Part shown: positions 53,239 to 64,000 of the stretch, piece by piece
Position numbering within the stretch: the stretch's first letter is position 1
Layout: each line of letters begins with the position of its first letter
From: Felis catus
Taxonomy: Eukaryota
Length of the DNA stretch: 64,000 nt
Direction: 5' to 3'
Assembly: GCF_018350175.1 (NCBI RefSeq)
Contig: NC_058368.1
Span: forward strand, 37,388,001-37,452,000
Made by a program: the position numbers and the translations under genes
Notes under the pieces: model-generated
The model's input: the letters and a program-made list of their open reading frames with translations, nothing else
Told to the model about the DNA's origin: nothing
Databases searched by the model: none

Positions 53239-53946
53239 GGCAATATATTACCCTGAGGAACTACCCAAAAAATTAAAGGAAAAAAAAAGCCTGTCAGGAG
53301 TGGATGACAGAAATGAAATGCATCCTTTTCAGGAGAGGTATAATATTATTCACACTGTGAAGTGTTTATCACTGTCATCAAGATATCTTCAGGGAAAGTT
53401 TTTAAATATATTTTTGATACACATTTTCAAATGGAAATGAAAAATGATATATGTGGATTTTACTAGTAGGCATTTTAGTGAAAGAAAGACCTTCACAATT
53501 ATTTATAATTTGTTGTTAATGAATATAAAATGAGAGCTGTCTGTGTTCCCAATCAGGTGACCTCTCTCCATTGTCATCCTATCTTACCACACTACAGTAT
53601 TCAATTCTCTGATCACACATTTTGCTGGAAATTATATCCTCTGTTTAATTCCAGAGACGACTTTCTTCTATTTTTTTTCTACCATTCTGACAATTATTTT
53701 CATGGGTATTCTTAAAATTTCTAGTTTTTTACACATAAAATTCCTACATATATATAAAAAAATTACATCATAAGATTTTTCTTATATAACACTACATCAA
53801 ATATTGTCTATGTTAATGTAAAAAATGAAGAGTCCAACAGCAAAATAAACTTGGAGAAAATGTGTCTAAGTCAACTTACATGAGGTTTTCTATTGCAAGC
53901 CTTCTCAATGTCTTTGACATTTTGAATCATCAAAAGATGCACTTCT

Positions 53947-54161
53947 TTTTTTTTTTTTAACATTTATTTATTTTTGAGACAGAGAGAGACAGAGCATGAA
54001 TGGGGGGAGGGCCAGAGAGAGAGGGAGACACAGAATCTGAAGCAGGCTCCAGGCTCCGAGCTGTTGGCACAGAGCCTGATGCGGGGCTCGAACTCATGGA
54101 TCGCGAGATCGTGACCTGAGCGAAGTCGGACGCTCAACCGACTGAGCCACCCAGGCGCCCC
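53947..54161 (-). mobile_element. Young felid CAN-SINE
   Basis: Perfect TSD aagatgcacttct (53934-53946 / 54162-54174); CpG-rich. Confidence 0.97.
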
Positions 54162-54782
54162 AAGATGCACTTCTAAGTAAAATAATAAGCTGAGAGAAGT
54201 TCAGTACATCTAAAATAATAAGTTAATACAGTTACTTCATATAGTTATCTTATAAAAGTATGCATTTATAAACTCTGGTTGAAAATGGTTTTAAAAAGTA
54301 TACAAATTTCCCAAGTCCAATATAATATTTAAAAATATTCCATTTCTCTAGTAATCAATATTATTATTAAACAGATGCCTTTAGATGGAAAATTAGTAAA
54401 ACAAAATCTATGGTGTCCATATTTTTAGAGAATAGGAATACTTAGGTATAAGTTTCATGCAGTGCTTCAGAGAGTCTAAATTGCTACTCAGGTGAGTAAT
54501 TTTAAAGATAGATTAAGCTTTAAAATATGCATTCTAATTGGACAAATTACTCTGCCATAATTTAATAATATATCACAGTTCTATGACAAAATTTAATTTG
54601 GAGGTTGCTTATCCAGAACTTTTAATAATAAAAATTAAACAGATCTAATGTCCCCCAAACAAATGATTGGTTAAATAAAATACAGCATCATATTATAGTG
54701 TAATGCAAGATATTAGTTACAATTTATTTTGTGAAAGAAATATTTATGATATATTACAGAGTAAGAGAAGCATTTTTTAAAG

Positions 54783-54973
54783 TTTATTTCCTTATTTTGA
54801 GAGAGAGCATGCTGCACAGGGGAGGAGCAGAGAGAGCGGGAGACAGAGAATCCCAAGTAGCCTCCTTGCCCAAGTTGGCACAGAGCCCAATGAAGGGCTC
54901 AAACTCACGGACGGTGAGATCTTGACCTGAGCTGAAGTTGGACGCTTAACTGACTGAGACACCCAGGTGCCCC
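54783..54973 (-). mobile_element. CAN-SINE
   Basis: TSD agaagcattttt(t)aaag. Confidence 0.94.
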
Positions 54974-57545
54974 AAGAAGCATTTTTAAAGGAAGAGGTAC
55001 AGCATTGTCTTAACAATATTTATATGTATATTAGTTGCAGAGAACAAAGTGACTGTGTACCCTGAAATCATTAGCAGTCATCTCTGGGAGGAGGGCTAAC
55101 AAGTGATTTGCACTTTCTTCCTTGTGCTTATCTGCATACTTCAAATTCTCTGTAACGAACATGAATTAATAGTCATCTGCTAAAATGTATCCACGGATAT
55201 TAAACATTGTCATTCTTATGATTTCCTTTCCATATTTTCTCTCCAGTAAAGTTTAAGAAGCATTTGAGTACTTTATCTGTACCAGGCACTACAGTAATTA
55301 CTGGTGACAAAACAATGAAAAAGACATAGTTTTCATATTTATGTACTATAAATATATCATGGTAGGTGCTAAGAGAAAACTGATCGCAGGTAGTATTGGA
55401 ACACTAATGAGCGGGCCTTGTCTAACCCAGGAGCTCAGGAAAATATTGCTGCAGGAATGATCTCTGAGTTAAAATTTAAAGGTTCAATCATAGTTCACAG
55501 GGATACAGTGGAGATAAATCATTTCAGGCTGAGAGAAAAGCACAAAGGTAGACAAGGAGCCGCACAACAGAGGGCACTGTAGAAATATGAGAAGTTTCTT
55601 ATTAAAAATTGAAAGCAGAGAGGCAGTGACTGATGGGTAGTAAGACCGGGGAGATACCTAAAAGTTAAGGTAACAGTGAGTCCCTTGACTTATGCAAAAA
55701 AATGGTAATGTAGTCTGTTTTGGAAAACAACATTTTAGAAGCAGAGATTCTCCTTTTAGTGCTTATTTCAGCATCTGTTCCATTTTTCCAATCTTATATT
55801 ACAAAAAAGTGAAAATTTTAGTCTACAACTTGTATTTCTCTCCCCTGAGGTCTACGACTGCATATTGTAGCTAGATATACTGATCCCCAAATCCATGAAA
55901 CATGTACATCTTATGGAAAGAATGGCAACAATTCTCTGCCTTCCACCCTCCTTTGTGCTCAGCTCCATCTTTGGTCATGGCATCTCCAAGTCACCTCATC
56001 TCCAAATAAGAAGTCTTAAATTCATTGCGTCTCAATGTCTTTTCATCTGTTCTGCCTATTTTCCTCTTCTTGACTCATGAGTGATGCCTTCTTCTGATTC
56101 CCCATCACTGTCATCTATACCCTCATTAATCCTCACCCAGGCAACATGAATGACATCTTAACTGTGTACACAACTCATCTCTTCGATTTTATTTCATTTT
56201 CCCAGTTGATGCTTCATTGTACCTATAGCTCCAAGCCTATTGCGTACTGTTTTTAAGTTACTTTCCAACTGATTACATTGTTAAGATTTTTATTCGTATT
56301 ATTATGCTTTTATTTTTATTTATGTTTCCACGGAATTGTGTACTGCCTTTACACTTCCTTATTATTTTTTGCTGTTATCATTAGAGACATCTGTGTCTTC
56401 TTGTGCCATATTGAAAATTCAAGATAGATCAGTAACATTTTTTTTTTCTGGATCATCTACTTTAACCATGTCCATAATCATGTCCACACTCATGCTCTTG
56501 CTGAAATGAGGTTTAAGGATAGCTTTTCACATCTGTTATGCGAAAGTTTTTCATAAAACACTTATTGCTGTTTCAGATGCATAAAAGCAAAGAACATGTG
56601 CTCCTTATTCACGTTCGTTTTCTAAATGCAGAAGACAGTGCTTGGCATATAGTAGATGGTAACCAAATATTTGGTTAAAATGTAGAGAAAACATGATTAT
56701 TTTTCTCTCTTATCATCCTTGAATGAAGAGAAACATCTCATCAAGAGGCAGCCCTTGTAGGTTGATTGTTGATACCATTTTTTTATGTAGGTAACTTCAT
56801 ATTCGGTACAACAATGAAGCATGATTGAAGTAGAAAATGTCTACCAAATTCTCTGTTTCACGGTCTTTGCCTAATGCTGAGCTCAATCTATTTTTTTTAA
56901 GGAAATCTATTTTTCTAACAATTTGAAGATATAGGACATATAAAAAATATTAAAATCCTGTGTGCTCCACCTTATGACAATATAGCTACTTACCTTTCTG
57001 GTCCATCAGGACATAGGAAGAGAAGTACTTCAGGCAGTGAAGATGAAAGAAGCATAAAGAAATTCCATTTTTCTAAAAAAAAATAGAGATTGTAAACTAA
57101 AATAATTGGTAAGCCATGTTTTGTTTGTTTGTTTTTAAAAAGCTATGTACAGACAAGGGAAGAGAAAGAGTATAGCTGCGCAAGGGATCAGTAATCCTTC
57201 TTAATAGCTTCAGAAGGGCAAGTTTGATTAGTTTTTATTAGCATAGCACACTTTAATCATGAGTTTTTCACCCAAGTTCTACCATCCTAGAATTTAGTGC
57301 AAATTATTCTTATATTCTGGCAGAATATTAATTCCATCATTCATTTGCTTACTGAGCACATATTTATAGACTGCGTGCAAACCACTGAATAAAATGTAGT
57401 CTTACAATTGTGAAATAGACAGGTTTCCTGGCTGAGGGTCCGTGGTGACACAAACAATAAATGGGCAAAACAAAGGTGAGAAGTGCAAGTCCTTACAGAT
57501 AAAGAAGCCACAGAGGAGGAAAGTCAACAATTTCAAGATATAAGA

Positions 57546-57648
57546 GGGGCACGCGACTGGCTTAGTTGGTAGAGCATGTGACTCTGGGTCTCAGGGCTGT
57601 GAGTTCAAGTCCCATGTTGGGCGTGGATCCAACTTAAAAAAAAATCAG
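57546..57648 (+). mobile_element. Short old-type CAN-SINE (tRNA-Lys-like head plus A tail)
   Basis: A box tggcttagttgg, B box gttcaagtcc, A tail, TSD agatataaga (57536-57545 / 57649-57658). Confidence 0.9.
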
Positions 57649-59808
57649 AGATATAAGAAAGAGTGGAGGATCTTCTATGGATTTGAAAGTATTTCCTTCT
57701 TCATTGATACAGGTGGTACTCCATTCTGTGGAGTTTGTTTGTGAGAAGCATCAGGCCACTGGTGTGAGATTTTCTGAGGTTTAAGTAAAATCTGAAATCA
57801 AGAGTATTATGTGAAATTTCCTAACTTTAAAATACTGCCAGTAAATGATTTTTTAAAAAAGATGTTGTGCTACCTAACATTGACTATGGTCTAAGGAAAC
57901 TCATTTTATGACCGTATTTGTCATGAAGGTCTGCAGCCTTTGAAAAAACACACAAGCATATAACACCATAGCAAATCAAGATACATGTCTCTGAATAGAG
58001 AAACAGAATGCAGTACCAGGTACACCCAATGAAAACAGAACGTTTATAGAATGCTTTTTTAAGAAGTTGACTATTATTTTGAAACTCCGAAGGAAAAAAA
58101 AAGCCAAAATTGTAAAGGAATAGGAAGCCCCTTCCTCAGGTAGAGGAGAGAGCACTGCAAAGGGCTGGGCAATTACAAAGAGCTTATGAACTAGTGGACG
58201 AAGGAGAGAGTTTCATGAGATGAAACTCAAGGTTGGAATAGAAACCAGGTTTTAATCAACGTTGTCACCCTCATTTGAAGCTGGGATTTATTCTACGTAC
58301 AGAGGAACTCATTGAACACCATAAACTGGGAAATGGCTCCAGACTGACTTTTACGTTAATTATCTGCATTACATGCTTTAACCTTTACCTATTCATTATA
58401 AACATTTTAAAGGGATGGTGGCAGAGGCTGTTTGAGGAATTAATAGCCAGATACTTTTTAAATGGGAGCCCCCAAAAAGTTAAAATGAGAAATTTACTCT
58501 TCAGAAATAAATGAAGTTGTGTAGAATTAAGAGCTGTGACATTTGATGTTACTCAAAATGTGGCCTCGGTCTATTTTTCTGTCCTCACGATATATATGAA
58601 ATTCTCTCTCCAAGTAATGCATCATCTTGATTTTTTTTTTTTTGCACATTGTGTAAGCCAATCAGAAACTCTGAGTAGAATGGGGTACTATTGCACCTGG
58701 GTAGAAAGAAATTATATGAGCATTTGGAGCCATTTCATGTACTGGGATAATATTTCCGACGGAGAAAATGCAACATTTTCTTCTGTTTAGTGAAAAATGA
58801 GAATGTGCCTTACAAAAAATGCTGTCTGCTTGTAAGTGGGCATGTTATCTTTACACTCTGAAGATGTGATAGAGTTAAAGTGAAGTTGTCTAAAACTGCT
58901 TAGGTAAGTTCTTTTGCAAGTATTAACAGCATATATCAGGGCAAGCGGCAGGCAGGATCAAATGAAAATTTATAGATAAAGAAAAAACGCCATCGATACT
59001 CACAGAAAGAGATGTGTATAAGCCCATTATGCTGAAGGTTACTTATATCCTGCCCTAGACTCGGAATCTACTCTAAGTTTCCATGACTTCACCTATTTAG
59101 ATAAAATGTTCCAGATATTAAGAAAATGACTCTTTATTTTAAGTGCTGATATCTGTATTAGCATATTTCCACTCTACTTCTCAATGCAATCTATACAGAC
59201 AATTATCTAATTTGATTTTTGAATACTTTATGTTTTCCATTAGCTTATACTTATTACTAGTTTCCTAATTTTAGATCATGCCTTCTAATTTAGCATTCTT
59301 TTTAGGTTTTATGTGTGTTTTATTTGAGTCGGTTTTGTAGTCTTTCTGATCATATTCAAAGCTTTAAGTATGCCACCAAAAACACAAGACAGCTTTATTT
59401 TCAAAAGCTTTCAATGATGCCTATTCAGAAATATTTACACATCACAGTGAAAGAAATGTCTTGATTGAAGTGACAAATTGCATTTTTTTGCCACACTTTC
59501 TAAATGAAAGCATAGCTGTAAAGTATTATGTTACTGTCAAGAGAGTTTAATATTTTAAATAATTCTCAAAAAGTTTTTGAAGCAAAAATAAACATTATGC
59601 TATAATAATTTGAACAACATTGACCCTCTGGAGACAAATTTGATGTAGTCTCCCAGCTGAATATGTGTTTCAAGTATAAAGGAGAAATATTAAATAGAGA
59701 TACTTATTTTCTCATATGATAAATATTGCAATTGAGATGATAGCATCTTTGAAGAAAAACCTTAGATGGGTCTAATACCAAGCACCCTCTCATTCTGTAT
59801 ACTCTCAA

Positions 59809-60075
59809 TTTTATTTTATTTTATTTTTAAACTTTTTTAATGTTTCTTTCTTTCTTTTTTTTTTTTTTTTTTTGACAGAGAGAGAGAGGGAGAGAGTAGA
59901 GTGCAAGTGGAGGAGGGACAGAGAGCAAGAGGGAGACCTAGAATCCGAAACAGGCTTCAGGCTCTGAGCTGTCAGCACAGAGCCCAATGTGGGGCTCGAA
60001 CTCACTAGCTGAGCCGTGAGATCATGACCTGAGCAGAAATCTCATGCTTAACAGACTGAGCCACCCAGGCGCCCC
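59809..60075 (-). mobile_element. CAN-SINE lacking a TSD
   Basis: Complete head (ggggcgcctgggtgg on minus) and long tail; flanks unrelated. Confidence 0.95.
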
Positions 60076-61104
60076 AAGAGATGATCAATGTCAGCAACTT
60101 CAGAAATTGCAAATGTTTTTACTTTCCACAACTGCTCCGGGCTGAAGCAGTGTCTTTTGTTCCGTATCCTACAAACTACATATGAAGTCCCTCAGTGAGT
60201 CCTCGCTGAGAAGTGGCTTGGAGAGACCCTCACCAGCTTCAGCCAGAGCAGTGTTTGGACTTCTATTTTTGAAGACAAGTTTCACATAGCATATACAAAA
60301 TCAAACACATTGCTCTAGATGGCTTTTCGGGGATACAGGGAATTTAAATGCCAAAGAGTCCTATGTAATTAGAGATCACAAATTCTCTTTCATCTCCTCT
60401 TTAAGGGAGAATGGTATCCTTTATAGTCAATCTCTTTCAGTTAGGAGTTTTATATTATAATTACCAAACATGTAAAAACATGACTCATACATTAAGTGAA
60501 CATGTGTAAAAATATCTTACAAAATTCATTTTCTAACGTGTAAGTAGTAAGGGGTTAAAAGCAATTCCAGTGAGAATTTGACCTTCAAAGGTTCATTTTC
60601 TCTCCAGGGCAAGTTTCGTATGCAGTGCTACAGGTGAAAACATTTGCATTACAATCAGTTTTCTATACATTAATTTCTGTTCCCTACAGAGTTGTAAAAT
60701 GGACTAGTCAGTCAAAATCAATCAAAGATACACAGCACCACAGAGTTAGAAAATGCCCAGAGAATGCATGGATGTGCCGAACAGTCCTCAGATGTCACTT
60801 AAAGGATGCCATGATCTCTTTTGCCCATTTACAACTCTTTGACATTTTTTTTTCCTGCCAGGAACTATAAGAGAATCTCCCCTCAAGTCATGGGCAATAA
60901 ATGTCTAAACATACATGAGGCTAATGCCTTAATCTTTATATTGTTATGTAATATATTGAAAGTTATAAACATATAATTCACAAGTTGATTGCTTTTATGT
61001 TCATTTCTCCTTTCTTAATATCACAAAGCTAAAAATGTCTTCTGATTGCTTTTGGGGTTTTGGTTTATCTTTCTAACACATTTATATTCTGCCACCTAAT
61101 CTTG

Positions 61105-61141
61105 TTTTTAATGTTTATTTACTTTTGTGGGTCTGTGTGTT

Positions 61142-61193
<52 letters not shown>

Positions 61194-61345
61194 TGGGAGG
61201 GAGCAGAGAGGGGGAGAGAGGAGAATCCAAAGCGGGCTTCAGGCTGTCAGCACAGAGCCCAAACATGGGGCTTGAATTCATGAACCACGAGATCATGACC
61301 TGAGCCAGAGTTAGATGCTTAACTGACTGAGCCACCCCGGCACCC
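61105..61345 (-). mobile_element. CAN-SINE with (GA)n/(GT)n expansion
   Basis: Head, CT/CA tract and tail; degenerate TSD starting ctgcca. Confidence 0.94.
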
Positions 61346-61400
61346 CTGCCATTTAGTATTTTCTAAAAAGGAATTAAGGAATTTTAAAAACCACTTTTTT

Positions 61401-61491
61401 GCTTCCGATTCTGTGTCATCTTCTCTCTCTGCCCCTTCCCTGCTCACTCTCTGTCTCTCTCTTTCAAAATTAAATAAACATTAAAAAAATT
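61401..61491 (+). mobile_element. 5'-truncated CAN-SINE (3' half only)
   Basis: Starts at gcttccgattctgtgtc; TSD ttttaaaaaccactttttt / ttttaaacccactttttt. Confidence 0.92.
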
Positions 61492-62924
61492 TTTTAAACC
61501 CACTTTTTTATACCCTTTGTATTTCTATAACTTACTCTCCCTTTCCTGCTCCAATGATGCTTTCATCATTCAGCAAACAAGAGGCAGGAAGCATCCTAAC
61601 ACACAAGAGAATGAAGAAAGAGGGCAGGACTGTAAAACCGTTCTTCTTATAGAATATTCACTATCAAATTTGGTGTTTTTTAGTTTAATAAATTAATGGA
61701 GCCAAAAGAAATAATATGCATACAACATTAAACAGAATACAATAAGAAAGTATTTGCAAAATGAGGAATTTCATGGATTAAGAATATTTAAAAATAGAAG
61801 AACAATTTCAGAAGCTCATATAACAAAACCTCCAGGTGGAGACTATAGATTTATTCTAGGCCATCGTCTAACATATTTGTTTTATTCAGTAGAATAATGA
61901 TTAATCATAGTGATATTGTAAAAATAAAATAGTGAAACTGAGACCTTTATTCAGGTGGGAGATGGAACTCAAAGGAGAAAACAAAATGTTGGGCACAATT
62001 TTCCAAGAAATAACCTGGATTTTTGAATAAAATGTTTGCTTAAATGAAGTGAATTAGCTCATCCTGCTATAGGATATGGAATCCTGAGGCCCTGAAATGC
62101 TATCCAACATTCACATGGTCATTGAGAATAGTTGACTTGCTATAGAATCAGGCTCTTTCTGTTTTTATAACAACGTGAATTATTTTAATAGGATTACACA
62201 AAGAATTAGTGTACTTACACTGTAAAAGAATTTATTTAAATAGGATTATTCACACTCCTGTAATTTATAATTCTGTACACTAGATTGTCTCCATACATTA
62301 TAAAAAGGCAAAGAAAAATTTTTTAATTGGTTGACATTATAAAACTTAATTCCCAGGAAATTGGTGAAGTCTGTTATATTTACTCAACAGATTATCATTA
62401 CTTTTCAAGACGTTCATTCAACTTTCATAAAAAATAAATTAAAATTCAAACAATGAAAATATGACTGCATTTATTCTAGAAGTATTGAAGGGATTAATAA
62501 TATAACATGGTCCTCAAAGTACAATGAAAATTTTTGATCACATAAAGGAACATCACCTTGCCACATAAATGAGAAAATCTGACGTTGCCAAGTGGTATTT
62601 AGGGTGTGGATCGTCACAACTCCCAAAAAAGGGATACTTCTCTGAAAGTTGATTTTTAACAGTTTTTTTTGGAACATGGGACTTATTTCATCATATGACC
62701 ATTACTCAATATAGCATTGCAGTGCTCAGATTAGTCAGGGAGAGTTGGTATGTATGTATCAGAAATAGAGAACCAAAAATAGTTTCAACTGTAGGTAGTC
62801 AATATGGCCATCATCTTGCTTCTTATGAAACAAAAATGCAAGACTAGTTACATTTTAGAATGCTAGCAATCTGTCTTATACCAGATTAGGTGGTTTCATT
62901 AGAGCCCGAGGTTTCTCTTTTAAA

Positions 62925-64000
62925 TACTAATAGACTTTATTTTTAAGAAGAGTTTTAGCTTTCCAGAAAAATTGAGCATATTGTGTACAATGTTCTCATA
63001 TATCCAGTACCCAATCTCCCCTATTATTACCTTAGATTAATACATATTTTATTATAATTAATGAACCAATATGTATACACTGTAATCAACAAAGACCCAT
63101 AGTTTATTCAGATTTTCTGCTTTCTATTTTTTTTTCTTTTCTGTTCCAGAATCCCATCCAGGATACTACAGTATATTTAGATATCATGTTCTATTAGGGT
63201 TCTCATGGCTCTGCCCGTTTTTCAGGCTTTCTTTGTTTTTGACAACCTTAAGAGTTTTGAGGAATGTTAGATACCTTTCAGAATGTCCCTCTACTGGGAT
63301 TTCTCAGATGTTTACAGGGTTTTTTTGGAGGAAGAACACAGGTGTGATGTGCCACTCCCTTCACATTATATCATTCTATCAACATGATTTATGATGAATG
63401 ATGTTGACCTTGATCATCTACCTTGATCTCCACTGTAAATTTATATTCCATCTGCCCCTTCCATACTGTATAATTTGGAAGAAAGTCACTATGTACACTC
63501 CACACTTAAGGGTGGAGTATCTCCATAATTTATTTGGAATTCTCTACATAAATTTATTTTGTTAGATCATTGTTTTATACTTTGGGTTCCAATATTACTC
63601 TGATATTTTTTTGCTCAGATTGCTTCAGCTTTGGCAATTGGGAGCTCTCTGAGTTGCCTCATGTGTCCCTCTGACCTATCTTATCAATGTAGGCTTTAGT
63701 TTTGTTATTTTTATTTTTTTGAGCACCTCCTTTTCTTTTTTTTAACGTTTATTTATTTTAGAGAGAGACAGACAGAGCATGAGCAGGGGAGGGGCAGAGA
63801 GAGAAGGAGACACAGAATCCAAAGCAGGCTCCAGGCTCCGAGCTGTCAGCACAGAGCCCAAAACGGGGCTGGAACTCAAAAACCATGAGATCATGACCTG
63901 AGCTGATCATGACCTAACCAGCTGAGCCCCAGATTACCTCCTTAATTTCTGACACTATAAAATTACAAGATGCTCCCAACTCATCTTATATATTACCTCC
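62925..64000 (-). mobile_element. Old LINE-1 3' end (L1MC/L1MD-like), runs off the window
   Basis: Antisense motifs ctgttccagaatcccatccaggatac, gatgttgaccttgatca, ggaagaaagtcactatg, acaagatgctcc. Confidence 0.8.
63733..63935 (-). mobile_element. CAN-SINE with rearranged head
   Basis: TSD acctcctt; gatcatgacct duplicated. Confidence 0.92.

Noticed and set aside
57546..57620. tRNA-Lys gene
   Set aside because: Degenerate stems, an A tail and a TSD show it is a tRNA-derived SINE.
60182..60215. SECIS element (ATGA...GA hairpin)
   Set aside because: Lacks the apical AA motif and correct helix length; no selenoprotein context.
62471..62677. 68-aa minus ORF in unique sequence
   Set aside because: No homology recognised and no convincing splice boundaries.

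Overview
AT-rich mammalian genomic DNA. The felid-type CAN-SINEs and L1 3' ends identify it as cat-family (Felidae) sequence. It reads as intergenic or deep-intronic: I recognise no intact protein-coding gene, CpG island or genuine tRNA/rRNA. The longest ORFs in the track derive from SINEs or L1; most of the rest are short chance ORFs. Contents: 28 CAN-SINEs (most with readable target-site duplications, TSDs), several L1 fragments (one 5'-inverted, one about 1.9 kb with an ORF2 C-terminus), MaLR/ERVL LTR elements, small DNA transposons (MER53, MER94, MER20, a Tc1/mariner MITE), old L2/MIR debris, microsatellites and a decayed RPL17 retrocopy. I found no convincing new biological system. The best leads are a chain of frame-compatible candidate exons, an unexplained 135-nt inverted-repeat element and several unusual insertion scars. 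Repeat family names come from my recall of consensus sequences, not a database search, and boundaries of old repeats are approximate.
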